Source: Felis catus (Eukaryota). From it: a DNA stretch of 64,000 nucleotides. Shown one piece after another: positions 44,613-58,422 of this stretch (positions are counted from its first letter, which is position 1; every line of letters starts with the position of its first letter). A model generated the notes under the pieces. The model made no database searches. It saw only the letters and a list, made by a program, of their open reading frames with translations, and had not been told where the DNA came from. The translations under genes and the position numbers were made by a program. The stretch covers positions 193,256,001-193,320,000 of the forward strand of contig NC_058368.1 in NCBI RefSeq assembly GCF_018350175.1. Direction: 5' to 3'.

Positions 44613-47600
44613 TCCAAGTTCCTGACAATAGCCCACAAGACATATGCTATTCCTCTTGCCTGAAATACCCTTCCTGTGCCTTTTTACTTAGGTAATAACT
44701 ACTCTTTCTTCCAATCCTAGTCTAAATGTAGTTTACTCTACAAAGGTTTCCCTGGTCTTTTCCCTAATTTGGGTTTAGGTCACTCCTCTGTGCATAATGT
44801 CCTGCTGTTCCTCTGACACAGTGCACATCACAGTACATTATAATTGCTTGGTTACTGGACTGTGAACCTCTTGAGGGCAAGACTACGCCTTACTTATCAC
44901 AGTATTCCCCCTTGTGCATAGCATTGGGCCAGAACAGTGCATTTCAGTAACCATATGGTAGGCTGATTGAAGTTGTGGACTAAGCCTGGCTCTATACGTA
45001 AGGATATGATATCCATCTTGGTTGAGACTAGAAGTAGATACAACTGTAAACCTAAATGCTTTTTTAGGTCTTAGGAATTCTCCTTTTTAATTTGGTAGTT
45101 TTACAATTACTCTGGTGAAATCTAGGACAACCTCTGCTCTTAGAGAAATCCTGGATAAAAGAAACCCCTCATTCAACAAATGCTTACTGAGTATGTGCTG
45201 TGAGCCAGACACTAGGCTGGATGCCAGACAACTGCTGGTGGCTAGGAAGTTACATATACAGGAGTTGTGCAGTTTACATTCCAGTGTGAGTGATGGCCAT
45301 TTAGTACACAATAAGTTAATACATCACTTAATTGCTGTTGTAAACATCAGGGAAAGTGGGGATGGAGGAGGGCAACATGGAGGTAGAGAGAACTGTAAAA
45401 CAAAGGTCCTGAACTAGAAAGGCAATGTATCATGCACCTCAGGAACCAAAAGGAGGCTAGTGTGGTGCCAGCATAGAAAGGGGGAGAGAAAAGTACTCTG
45501 AATTGAGGTTGGAGAGACAAAGCAGGGACTCTTTACCTTCTTTCAACCCCACAATCCCAGAAATTATCTCCATTGGCTTCACTTTTAGGCTGTATGCTCC
45601 ATATTTAATCCTTCTTTAGAAGTGTGAGTTTGCCATTCTCCTCGAACTACTTTTCCTTCCCCCACCATTAAAATCCTATTCATTCTTCATTGTCAAGCTT
45701 GGGCCCTTCCATCACCATGAAATACAAGAACTCAAAGAGCCATAACCAATAAGGAGTGAAAAAAGGCCCTGATGTGGTTGGGGAATAGTGAACCGTTCAG
45801 CTTAAATGGGACAAAAGATGCCTTTCTAGGGAGTTCAGGTCAGAATATGACAGATCTTGGCATTTCTAAGTGATTTGTAAGGGGGACAGTATAATGGATG
45901 ATTAAGAACACACACTGTGGAGCTAGTCAGACCTGATTTAAAAATGGGGCTCCCTACTTTATTAGCTGTGTGACCTAGAGAAGTTCCTCACCTCTTTAAA
46001 TCTCAGTTGCATTTTCTAAAGCAGGGGTACTTATACCTACCTCATAGGTGTAGGATTCTTACAGATAAATATAGGGTTGTTAAGGATTTAAGTAGATAAC
46101 ACATGCCAAGAACTTACAGCAGTATCATGCACATGGTACATGTTAAGCGAGTTCTATCATTAAAACTATTAACATCATCATCCTTCTCATTCTTCTTTAA
46201 CTAAATTGTAAATTAAAAATGAGATAATATGTGTAAATCCAGCACAATGTATGTCTAATGGTAAATTATTCAAGAAATGCAATTTCCTCCTTTTCCCTAA
46301 TCTTTTTTGTAAACAAGGAATGTGACTTTCATTTCTTTTGTAGGCACTTAGTGAGCCCTCAATAAATGTTTGTTGAATACTGAATAGATATTCTCCCCTG
46401 CTAACTAGCACTGTGTATATACATTGTTGAGGGTTAATGACAATTACTGGACAATCTTTTCATGTTTATTTTTCAAAACCAGAATGGAACTAGGAAAAAA
46501 TCTGGGTCCAAGCTTATAGAAAATAAAATAAGAAAGACCTTAATAGTTGGGAAAAGATTTAGTATGGCAACTGTTTTTCTTCTCTCATTCAAGTGTTAAG
46601 AAAATACCAATGAATTACAGGTTAATGGATCTAATTTAACTCCAATTGCCCCAATTGGAAGGATAACCTAAATGATCAAATGACCAGGAACTGTGGTAAT
46701 ATGAGGGAAACAGAGGTGACCACAGGACCACCAGGTCTCTATTTAATGTTCCACTTGTTAAGGATGAATAGCTTTTCTTGAGTCTTTAAATGTAATTCAA
46801 ATTGGCTTCCCGATTTCCCTTGAGATATGTCAAAGGGAAATGCCATAAAACATTTGCATTTTCAGATTCTGATGGATCTCATAATACAGGCATCCTCTGA
46901 GTTGAAACACTGAAACCCATGAAAGTCAAGACTGGTACAACAGACACATAGATCTTTATCAAAGAGTACATTGATTTAAATACCATATTCTCTTGATATA
47001 GGTAGATCAGAATATAACTAGACAAAGCTTGATTGTTCATATAGCTTTCCAAGAGAGTCCATTTTTATTATCACTTTACTTAAATTGACATTTACAGAAA
47101 ATGGTCTCACAAGAGTAAAATAGTGATGATAGCAAATTTAGATTACAGGACCCAGAGAGTCAGGCCAACTCACTGGGAGCTCTCCATGGTCCTGATGTCT
47201 GTAACTCTGTCCACTCCCGTCTACTGACCTGAGTCTAATGTATGGATTCTCCTGGCTTCTGCTTTAGATTATTTACACTCTCTATGGCATACCACAATCA
47301 AGACACCCTAGAAATGTTTTCGTTTTCTTCTGGGACTTTAATGACACTGCTGGACTACCATGAGTGGCATATCCAAACATGGAACATTATGAAGTGGCTG
47401 CTATACATCAGCCCTTCTGCTGGAAACCGGGATATAAAGATGAGTAAAAATTGGGTTCTGCTCTTAGGGAGCTCACATTTTAGTTGAGGAAAAAAGAGGA
47501 CTCATGGAATCACAGTGTCTTAAGGATTAAGAGAAATATGCTGCCTACTGCTGTTCTGGCCGTTTCTGCCAGATTAAGCATCGCAAAACTGTCAGCCCAC

Positions 47601-48029
47601 CACTCTCCTATTTATTAGGAGATCATATTGGTTTATATTAGAGAACAGTTGTACCAATTTATATTAGGAAATTATATGGATTTATTCTTTATTTCCCACC
47701 TAATATTCAGTCCTTTGCCTGTTTTTCAAAACCCTTTATAATTTGATACTACTTTCCCATCTATTTTACTTCCTACATCTTTCCATCATGCTTTCTTTGT
47801 AGGCCATGCCTATTCTTATTTTGGTATTTATGCCCATACTGTTAAACTTTTTTCATGTCTACCAATATAAAAATGTATTGATAAATTCAAATCATAACTA
47901 ATATTTAGACATTTATTTACTTTTTCACTCAGTGTATATTCATCAAGGCTCTGTGGTAGGTGCTAGTGTTATAGTGGTGGGCAAGACAAAGAGGTCCTTA
48001 CTCTTGGGGAGCTCTGAGTGAGCCTACAA

Positions 48030-48196
48030 CTTGATTACTTAAAATGCAGTCCTTGGACCAGCAGCATTGGCTTCACCTGGCAGTTTATTAGAAATACAAA
48101 ATCTTATGCCCAACCCCAAACCTTCTAAATTTGAACCTCACTTTAACAAAATCCTTAGACAGCTTTTATGCACAAAAAATTTCAAAAGCAATGGTC
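48030..48196. mobile_element. MER5A-like hAT MITE
   Basis: GTCCTTGGACCAGCAGCATTGGCTTCACCTGGCAGTTTATTAGAAATAC...TTTAACAAAATCC. Confidence 0.7.
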
Positions 48197-49546
48197 TATA
48201 CATTAGGTACTTAAAAAGCAACTGTAATAGCATGTAAAGAGTGCTATGATGCTGAAGGGCAGAGATAAGAGAGCTAGCACCCATGTTCAATTATTTAATG
48301 GGCATTTCACCCACTAAATGAAGTAAAAAATAATGGTATGTGTTTATGAGTGTTTAGAGACCACATGTTATTCTCCTTCAGAATATCCAACTTACCTAGC
48401 CTAGTTTTGTCCACTGTAAGTGCTCTAACATATACTTTTGCCAACTCTGATATATTGAATTGTTTATAGAAATATTCAAACAAATCTGAGGGTTTTAGAG
48501 GTTTCAGCAAATGATGGAATTGTTCAATTTTTGTCAGTACAGTTTTGATTTATTGAATGTGGGGGTTTTGTTTTGTTGCAACAAAAAGGAACACTGTTTA
48601 TCCTTTTCAAAGTCCTAGAATTTCAGCACAGTTGACTTAAACAAGGGTGGATAATTCACAAGATAAAATAGAACCAAATTTTGAAAAGAAAAATTCTAAC
48701 TCTGTGGTTCAAGCCTATGGATGAGTTTGCTTTTTCTGTGAGTTATTTTTATTTTTATCATGTGTCGAGACCAGGGTGATTCACGACTCAGTCAATACCC
48801 CTAGCTTAACTGCCCCAACACATCTATTACTTAGTAATACCCTTAGAATCAATTGGCACAAAACATGCTATCTGAAAAAAACTCTACAATTTTTACTTGT
48901 TCATCTCTCTTATGGTGTGCCAATGCAATCCACACCTTTCTTCACACATTGAGTTGAGACTAAAAGTCCATAAAAGCAGCCATATTTTGAATGCACAACA
49001 AATTCCTTTTTGTTCCCCATTACCTTCGAACTCATTTGACATGGAATTTTTTTCTATTAGGTTAATTTGAATGAAAGAGAATTAATCCTCTGCCTTTTTT
49101 CTGGCAGCCTCATGCTCCATGTTAGGATGCTAAAGGATGCCTTTTGTACTCACAAGTGTCCTGAGCTTTATCTATCACTTTTAGGTGTTTTGAAACACTG
49201 CCCAGAAAAATCACTGACTGGGTTTCAGCTATTGATTTATTCTATAACTTCAAGAGAAACCACAATCCTGATGTTCCAATGGGATCACAGTATGGTATCT
49301 CACAGTTAGAAAAACACTGCAGACATGATCTCATATGACAATCCTTTCTATACCACCTCCTACCCCCAATAGAATTATCCAGCCTTTAACACCCATGAAC
49401 AACCTTCTCCACGCATCTGATTACTAGTTATCAAGGCATTATAAAGCTATAGTAATTATATAGGGTGAGGAAGGGCAAGAATAAACAAGTAAATCAACAG
49501 AACAGAATCAAGTGTCTAGAAATAGACCTATATGCAACTGGTGACT

Positions 49547-49547
<1 letters not shown>

Positions 49548-49582
<35 letters not shown>

Positions 49583-49782
49583 TGCTTATTTTTGAGAGAA
49601 AGACAGAGCATGAGCAGGGGGAGGGGCAGAGAGAGAGAGACAGGGAGACACAGAATCTGAAGCAGGCTCCAGGATCTGAGCTGTCAGCACACAGCCCGAA
49701 ACGGGCCTCGAACCCATGAACTGTAAGATCATGACCTGAACTGAAGTCAGACACTTAACCGACTGAGCCACCCACTTGCTCC
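49548..49782 (-). mobile_element. CanSINE nested in L1
   Basis: (TTTA)n tail, body ending GACTGAGCCACCCACTTGCTCC. Confidence 0.92.
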
Positions 49783-50864
49783 TGACCTGATTTATGAGGA
49801 AGGGACATACAGTGGGGGAAAAAAGGATGACCTTCTCAATAAATCATGATGGCTCAATAGGAAATCCATATGCAAAACAACAAACCTTGATCCTGTACTC
49901 TGCATATATCTATGGGATGCACAAATCTAAATGTGAAAGGTAAAATTTCAGGAGAAATTATAGAAGAATATCTTCATGGTTTTGAGGTAGCCAAAGACTT
50001 CTTAAAAGAACACACAAATAGTACTAGCCATAAAGGAAAAACTTGTGAAACTGACTACATTAAAACTATCTCTGTTATCATACAACACTGTCAAGATACT
50101 GCAAAGACAAGCCACAGAACAGAAGATATTGATAACGGACATCTCATAATATGTGTCACCAAAAATATTTAAGAATGCTTTATAATATAACAACAATAAG
50201 AAAAAACCACCTAACAGGAAAATTTTTTCGAAGGCACTTCATAAAAGACGCGATACAAATGGCTAATAAATATGAAAAAGCTATGAGTCATCAGGCAAAT
50301 GCAAATTAAAACCATAATGTGATATTATGACACCACTTACTAAAATGCAAAAAGTAGATATGAAGCAACTAGAACACATATATTGTTTATGAGGATGTAA
50401 ATTTGCTTTTAGAAAATAGTAGGCAAAAACATTTTGGCACAATCTGTGACAGGGGTATATACCCAATGGAAATTCTGTGTGTTCATCAAAAGACTTTTAC
50501 AAGAAAGAGCAGGATTATTTATAATGGCTTCATGCTGGGAACAACCAAAACGTTTATCTGCAAAGACAGTCACACTTATGGATTTATTTATGGATAAATT
50601 ATGATGTCTCTACATGACAAGATACTATACAACAGTAAGGATGGGGGGCTGCATCTAACTGTGACGACACGGATGGATCTCACAACATAATACTGAGCAA
50701 AAAGAGCCAGACACAAAAAAGTAGATATTGTATGGTTCTACTTATGAGACTCAAAATAGCTCGATCAGTAAAATTAATCTATGATGTCAAAAGTCAGGAT
50801 AGTGATGACTCTTCTATGGGGAAGGAAGCAAAAAGAGGTACCTGAGATTCTGGTAGTGTTCTAT

Positions 50865-51079
50865 TTTTTTTTTTTTTCAACGTTTATTTATTTTTGGGAC
50901 AGAGAGAGACAGAGCATGAACGGGGGAGGGGCAGAGAGAGAGGGAGACACAGAATCGGAAACAGGCTCCAGGCTCTGAGCCATCAGCCCAGAGCCCGACG
51001 CGGGGCTCGAACTCACCGACGGCGAGATCGTGACCTGGCTGAAGTGGACGCTTAACCGACTGCACCATCCAGGCGCCCC
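50865..51079 (-). mobile_element. Young felid CanSINE nested in L1 3' UTR
   Basis: CpG-rich SINEC_Fc body ending CCAGGCGCCCC; CTATTTTTT on both flanks. Confidence 0.95.
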
Positions 51080-52482
51080 GACTATTTTTTAATTTTCGTT
51101 CTGATCACACAGGTGTTTTCACTTTATGAAAATTAATTGACCTATGTATTTATGATTTGTGCACTTATTTATTTGTGTGTTATACCTCAGTAAAATTTTA
51201 AAAAGTAAATTGTGTGTCAAAGGGGGAAGATAAGAGGAAAACAGTAACTCTAATTAAAATCTTCCTGTGCTCAGCATTTCAAATCAAATTTAAGAGGGAA
51301 AAATCCATTGACTAAAAAAGAGGTTGAGGTTAAAAAAAAACTATGAATCTTCTTTGTATTAGTATAAAAATCCTCCTTTTCTTCTTTGAGTTCTGATATA
51401 GGAGATATAATGAAATTTAGGAGCTATTGGCTTTGTAAGGAAACCTGGTAGATTTGCTTCTGATTTAATGATGTGTCTGCCTTTTTTCCCTTTCCAGCCA
51501 GATGGGTAGATGAGGACTGAGCTTCTACCAACATTCATCTCTCCCTTTTGGGTCATCCTTGGATGGCACTTGGGTCCCAAGATACACCCGGGCTTGGTAA
51601 GTTCTCTGTTCTTTATGTGTTAGTCACATCTTCCCAGTTTGACTATAAGCATCATTGAAGCAAAGATCGGGCATTTCTTATTTCTGTGTATTTTTCATGG
51701 AACTAAGAAGAGAACTGGTCACAAGCGCTCAGTAAACACTTTACATTGTTAAAGCAGATCATTCAGACTGTAAAACTGAGGCATGAGAAGGAAAGTGACT
51801 GGCCCAAGGTTACTTGGCCACAATTATGCCTTCTGACTCCTGTCCTTAGCCAGCTAGGCTCCCTACACAGCTTTGTTGAAAAATAAACCATGCCCCTTTT
51901 GTTCTGTTTGCCTCAGCTTTGCTTCTCAGTGCAGGGATGAAAAGGCACACCATCTCAATTTTGCTATCTCTGTTCTGCTTTGCTGATTCACTGAGCAAAT
52001 ATTGCCTAAATGTGGTGCCTTTGGCTGTGAGGAGCAGGAACAATATATATAGTGTCAAAAAAGCAAAGGCAGTGACCTGGCTCATTTCAGTGTTCAGATC
52101 TGCAAAATAAGAACACACCAAGCTCTGTGTTCCTCCTGTCCCTTTTCATTTGTCTCTAGGGATTATGATGAAGTTAAAGGCCCTACATATCCTGAAAGGT
52201 GTTGAAATTTAAACATCAGTCATTTGAAAAATTGTTCATTGTTAGGGTCATTTGATTTATTTTCAACACAATTGCTTCATTGAAGTCTGGATTATAAAAT
52301 GCTCCGTGTTAATTTAACCCATTTTGCAAACTTTTTCAACCTTGGTTTTCCAAAGTATAAAATGAGATGATTAGGTAAGAAACTACCTGACATTTAAGGC
52401 TCTATTCTGTAGATTCATTAGGGACCTAATCTATACATTCATTAGCTTAAATAATTACTAGCATCTATTATGGATACAAAAT

Positions 52483-52521
52483 ATTAATAAGCACTGACTA
52501 CACATTAATAAGCACTGACTA
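52483..52521. repeat. Short tandem duplication (18-bp unit, period 21)
   Basis: ATTAATAAGCACTGACTA at 52483-52500 and 52504-52521. Confidence 0.9.
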
Positions 52522-52741
52522 TAAATGTCACATATGTGTCTATATCTCTACTCTGGGAAAGAGAGGCAGGGATGGAGAGGTTAAGGTGAAAGGAGAAGAG
52601 GAGAGGAAGGGGGAGAATGAATGAATGAATGCATGACTTTTATAGATTACATGTCAGCTACCACACTAAGTACTTTAAAAACTTATTTAATCTTTACGAT
52701 GATTCCAAAAAGGATTATTTTCACTTTATATACAAGGTACC

Positions 52742-53130
52742 ACAGATTGTGTTTTCCAAATATAGCGACAACAATCTGTCTTATTCCACATGTTCCTCTT
52801 ACAATGTGATTTTGACACTTGTCCTACTGAAGATTCCTTCCCTTTTGATATGCCTGGACTCGTGGCTGTGACAGAAGTCACACTATGTGACTTCTCAGGG
52901 TGGGTCATGAAAGGTGATACAGCTTCTGCCCACCTTCTCTTTGGTCCCTTGTCCTTGGAACTGACCATCACGCTGTAAGGAAGCCCAAGTAAAGCATGGA
53001 GAGGGCACCTATAGGTATTTAGGACAACAGCTTCAAAATCTCCTAACCCATGCATTCCATGAACATAATAAAACAGCTGTAGTTTTATGCCACAAGTTTA
53101 GACTCATGTTATATAGCAATAGTAACAGAG
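52742..53130 (+). mobile_element. MLT1-type MaLR LTR, degraded
   Basis: TTTTCCAAATATAGCGACAACAATCTG...CAGAAGTCACACTATGTGACTTC...TGTTATATAGCAATAGTAAC. Confidence 0.7.
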
Positions 53131-56100
53131 ACTCTGAGGTGCAAAGCTAGTTGCTAAGGGTCACACAGAAAATTAAAAGGAAGAAATAAGCCCAGGTCTA
53201 ACTCCAGAGCTCATGCCCTTAATTACTCTGTTGAAAAAGTCCTGCATATTTATAAGTCCTGCATAACCAGTGTCTGTCACTCTGGGAAATAGAGAAAACC
53301 ACTGTAATGCTGACCATGAAGAAACAAAATCAGATGCCCAGGAGGTAAGGAGAGGACTGGTAGACAATGTCGTTTGGCAGGGACACGTCACTGCCCAGGA
53401 GATGAGTTTTGCCAGGGAGGCAGATGGGAGCTCAGATCTAGTTCGTGTCTATGCTTTAAGAGAGAAATAACCCTGGGATAGGAGGAGTGAGACTGCCATA
53501 TCCTCCAGTCATAACACTGTAACTGGAAGCCTTCCTCCTTCTTCTGCGAGTAGCGTCTGAACTTCCCTCTGCTAGTGCTGGGCCAGATAAGGAGATGCAT
53601 GCAGTGAATCCCAGAAACCTTTCAGCAGAGAATAAATGATTGGTGGGAGGCCAGAGATAAAGTGGAAGAGAAGTGATGTGATTAACACAAAAGGATGGAA
53701 AGAAAATTAAGATTTTTTAAACCCTGGCCTATGCTAGGTATTAGGCAACATGATTTGGTTTTTGTTTGTTCATGTATTCTTGTAAGAATCCTGTGATATA
53801 GGCATTGATAACCCCATGTTGAAAGGAAACTGAGGCTTGGCAGTTAAGTTACTGACTCACATCTTACAGCTAGTAACTGGTGGACTAGGATTCAAACCCA
53901 GGTGTCTCTGAATACTGGGATACTTTGTCCTTCTTTGCTTGAGCTTCCCCCATTGCCCAATTGCCTTACCTGGAGTTCCTTCTAGACATGTAACTCTATC
54001 CTTTGGGACCAACCCAAGTCTCTCCTTTTTCACTAAGCCAGCCCAGATCACTCTAGTCCTCAGTGATATTTCTTTCTTTCTTTTTTCTACCTATTGACTA
54101 CCAATCTTGCACTTGGGAATTATCCAAATACATATTTTGCTTTATTATCCATTTTTTTCCCTTGTGTATCTTGGTTCTTCTACTGACTTGTAAAGTCAGA
54201 GGTCTGAACTCCTGTTTCTTGCTTCTTTCCATCTGCCATAATGCTTAGCATTGTGCCTAAGGCAAGGTTTAGGCCCAAGATGGTGCTCAGTTAAAACATT
54301 TGATGGATTAATCCTCCCTGATGTCTACAGAAATATATACACATAGTAACCAGAAATAAAACAAAATAAACTCCCTCTCCAATCTCTCTCCCCATCCCCA
54401 GAATGGGTATCTACACAGAGAACAGGACATAAAAGAGAAGATGAATATTAGCTGGGTGCCTAGCCAGACTTCCCACAGATAAGGAAGGCATCTTTCTGCC
54501 TGAAAGCTCCTTCTGTGCTGCTCAGGAGATAAATAACTGGCAGCAGCACTGGCAGGGACTCCCTGAGTGCCCAGCCAGGATCCTCTGAATTCTAGATATT
54601 AGACCTGGCTGACATTGTTCCATCCATGATAGACCAAGCCTTAACACCAATCAATAAAGGTGCTCCATGGAGAGCTGGGAATTTCTTCCTGATGGCCACT
54701 GAAGAATTATCCCAAACTTGCCCACCTCAGACTCTTTTCTTGGGTGCTACTCCAATGGCTTTACAGAGGTTATAGGTCCCCCAAAGTCACAGTATTGAGT
54801 TTATCATTAAACTTTGAGAGCTCTCTGCCTGTATTCACGACATTCCCCCGCCAGAGATTTCCCTCTTCATTTCTCTTTGCTTTTGTAGAAAATCTTATCT
54901 CATCTTTCAAGGCACAGCCCACTGCTTCCCAGAGGCCTCTCTTTACCACAGCCCACACTAATTTTTCCTTCCTCAGAAATAAATTTAGCGCCAAATCCAC
55001 AGGCCTCAGAGTTTAGCCCTCAGTTACACATTCCCCTAGTTCCCTGTGTTCCAGAGAGACAGCCTGGTGTAGTGAAAAGGACCTGTAATTTGGGACCAGT
55101 GGAATCACAGCAACCCATTATTTCCCCACTATGCAACCCTGAAGATCTTCACAAAGTAGGATAGACATCCTTGTTCTTCTACCTTAATAGCTGCACTGGG
55201 TTCCCCTGGCTGATGAACCATCACTTCTATCAGCAGGCTTCTACTGGTGGACTGTAGGCAAATTCTGGATGTTTAAAAACAGTGAGGGGGAACATCCTTA
55301 TGGATATATCTTGTCATATTTGCACAACCATTTCTGTAGGATAAATGTGTGCACCCTAGATGTCTCTTCCCCCTGCCACTAACAATTTTAAGGCCACTTG
55401 TGATCCTTTTTGCCTCTTCTCCCTCTACCTCATTCCCACCTAAAGAGCTGTAGTTAAAGAGATCACATGCCCTTTCCAGCCTTTGGCTGTGACTATGAAG
55501 CCTACCCTATGCCACGGTCACCTCCCAGCTGAGGCCAAGAGGTTGGCCTCTCTGAGGTAGCACTACCTGTATCTTTGCTTTTGTCTCTATTTCAATTGTC
55601 TCTCACTCAGCTGGCCACACTGCACTCCCTCTTGGTGGGGACAGAGTGCACTCTTGGGTGTTCACCTCTCCTTCCTCGGTAGATGGCTTGTAAAGACACA
55701 GAAACTGTAAAGAATAATAATGGAATGAAAACCCAAGGCAAAAAAAGGTCCATTAAAAAAAAAAATCAGAGTTAGGGAGCCCACAGAAGAAAATGGGTAC
55801 CTTTCTTTTATTATTTTTCATGAATTCTAATAATCTATAGGGAGCCCTCAGGGACCTTTAGAAGATGTCTGGTTTTAGAAGACTGAAATTTGTCAAGGAT
55901 AAAACATGGGTATTGAGATTGGACAAACACAGATTCCAATCCCATTTCTGCTGTATAAATGTAGACAAGAGAGTTAATCACTCTGAGCCAAAGTTTTCTC
56001 ATCTATAGAATGGTGTTGATGTACCGAGGTAGAGGTTGTCATGATGATAAGTAATGTGATCTAACACCAGAGTGCCTGACACATAGTAGTTTCAACAAAT

Positions 56101-57827
56101 GAAAACAATCATTACTACTGTTTTTCCAGCCAAGAGATAGAAATGGGGTAACTGGCAATATTAGGATAACAGGAAACATTGCTTTCTGGGTCTATTCACC
56201 TTCCTTTTCTCTAATTCTACCTGCTTTATCTCTAAGTCCCTTCATAGACGAGGACTGAGTTTCTCCATATGGCACAGATAGTTAGTGATAACCAGAAATT
56301 CTCTCCATTGGACTTCTTTCTCTCCATTAAATGAAACAAATGACATCCTTAGACAGTGATGTATTACTTCAACAAGAGTGTGTTTGAATACACAACACCT
56401 GGTGTCAGGTTTTAGATGAGCTGAAGAGATCAGTTTGCCAGTCTATGTCTCAGTGAGGAATAGACATGGTAACTATAGTGCAGGGCTGAAGGTGAAGAAC
56501 ACTCTCAGAGACATGCAGGGACAGTTGTGATGGCACCAGCAACATCAACAGCTCTTACCGTCTCTGGGTCAGCCCTGTACAAAAGGAGGAGCTTTCCAGG
56601 TACTATGTAATTTTATACTCAAAATACACATTCAGTATTTCTTCTTAACCCCATTTTCCAGAAGAAGAAACTGACGTGCAGGGAAGCAATCTTCCCATGC
56701 TTGCACGGCTGCTAGGATTCACTTGCAGCAACCCTATTCCAGAGTTTAGGCATAACCATTATTATGAGGCACAGCTTCAGAGGAGTAATCAGGGCTGGGA
56801 AGACAGTATTTGTGAAGGGGGAAGAGTTGAACCAGGAAAGATGGGAACAGTCACTCCAAGTGGAAGGGATGACCAGGGCAGACAAGAGCTGGGGAATCAA
56901 AATGAAGCACAACTTGGTTTGGCCAAAGCCTTGGCTGAACCTGGGAATCGAAGGGAGACACACCTTAGATGGGAGGCTGGGGACATACTAGGGACCATCT
57001 TGTTTCCATTTTGAAGAAGGAGAAGTGAGACAGACAGAGGCGGTGACTCCCCTGGTGGGCTAAGAGCAGGCTGAGACTGCGCTTCCTACTAAGCTCCTTT
57101 ACCCCCTCCTCCAGTCCTGTGGGCCTGCCCCTTGTGACAACAGCTGCATTCTGCCTCCAGCAAGTACTGTGCTTCCTTATTTTAAGGCCCTCCTAAGCCA
57201 CTGGAGACACACCAGGACTGTTGTCACCTAGGTGTGCCATTTCTGTTAGTCTGCTTGGCACCATTTACCTTCTGCTTGGTACCTTGGGCTTAATTCACCT
57301 ACTATCTTCCTTGAACATAGCTAGGGCAAAAGTATTCATTTGCCACAGATGGATGGTGTACCTAACTCACATTCAAAACCGCCAGACTCCTCATAGGAGT
57401 ACGAGCATACATTCCCCATCATTTCAATTCATAATGCTTTTATTTTTCCCTATGTAGAATTCGTACTTCTTTCCAATGAACAGTTGGGTCTTCTGGTCCC
57501 GGATGCTGCATGTGCAGAGAAAGTTTAACAGGAAACAGGAAGTTTTCTCTAGGAAATTGTGGAACATAGGAAGATATTGTCATGGGCAGGCCTTTTTAGT
57601 TAACAAGACATAGGGACCATCTCTCTTCTAGTGCAGCCCCCATCCATGGCCTGGGTTTTCTAAGGCATGTGAAAGGTGAGAAAAACATAGCAATCACATT
57701 TTATACTTGGAACCAAAAATGGAGGAGGAATAGGGAAAATTCCTTTAAAAAGTACATAAATGTAATATTTCAAGTGTGTCTGAATTCATTAAAAACACAA
57801 TGGTACATTATACTCCTTGCCATTCTT

Positions 57828-58020
57828 CCAGGGGTCTCCAACTGGTGGCCTACAAGCTGGATCTTGGCATGTTTTGTTTCATTTGTACAGTGTTCCCAGG
57901 GCAGTGACTATCTAGAACTGAGTGGGAATGGCCTTCTCCAGCTGACTTATGCATGTCCCAGTTCACCACAGTCCACAGATGGCCTCCATTCTTGTGTTTC
58001 TGAGCTTACACTCACAATTT
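57828..58020. mobile_element. MER102-like hAT fragment
   Basis: CAGGGGTCTCCAACTGGTGGCC...TGTTTTGTTT...ACAGTGTT terminal sequence. Confidence 0.5.
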
Positions 58021-58383
58021 ACGCAACCTTGCCTAAGTCCTTCCCCTCCTTGTATACCAGAATCTTCACCTATCAAATGGGGATGGGGGTGTTGATGACA
58101 TTTTACAGGTGTTTTGTTTATTGCTTGCCTCCTCCCACTAAACAGTAAGCTCCTAGGAAGGCAGGAAGTTTTGTCTGCTTTATTCAGTAATATCTCCTGT
58201 TGCACTTTGAACCAAATCTGTTGCATAATAGGTGCTAAATAAACATTTCACGAGTGAATAAATGGCCCTAACCATCTCTTTCAGCTTAGTGAAACACTCT
58301 CTGAGAATTTGCATATTGTGATTTTGGAAGAAAAAAAATTAATCTTCCTTCAGTTAAACTGTTCAAACCTTGGACTTTCAGAG

Positions 58384-58386
<3 letters not shown>

Positions 58387-58421
<35 letters not shown>
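58387..58421. repeat. (GA)n microsatellite
   Basis: About 17 uninterrupted GA units. Confidence 0.95.

Positions 58422-58422
<1 letters not shown>

Larger units (their letters stand above)
43440..44960 (+). mobile_element. Fragmented L2 hosting nested MER20 and L1 pieces
   Basis: L2-like phrases (TTCTCCATCTCAGTAAATGGCATCAC, GACTGTGAACCTCTTGAGGGCAAGAC) either side of the insertions. Confidence 0.6.
49430..51210 (+). mobile_element. Old L1 (ORF2 3' part and 3' UTR) interrupted by two CanSINEs
   Basis: QQNRIKCLEID resembles the L1 ORF2 QWNRIE.PEI motif; AAATGCAAATTAAAACCATAATG, GGATCTCACAACATAATACTGAG and the 3' UTR end TATGTATTTATGATTTGTGCAC. Confidence 0.8.

Noticed and set aside
48307..48510. 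67-aa ORF considered as a transposase remnant
   Set aside because: No catalytic motif or extendable similarity that I could identify.
57669..58148. Longest ORF in the window (159 aa, +)
   Set aside because: Non-ATG start, runs through MER102-like and L2-like remnants, no recognisable domain.
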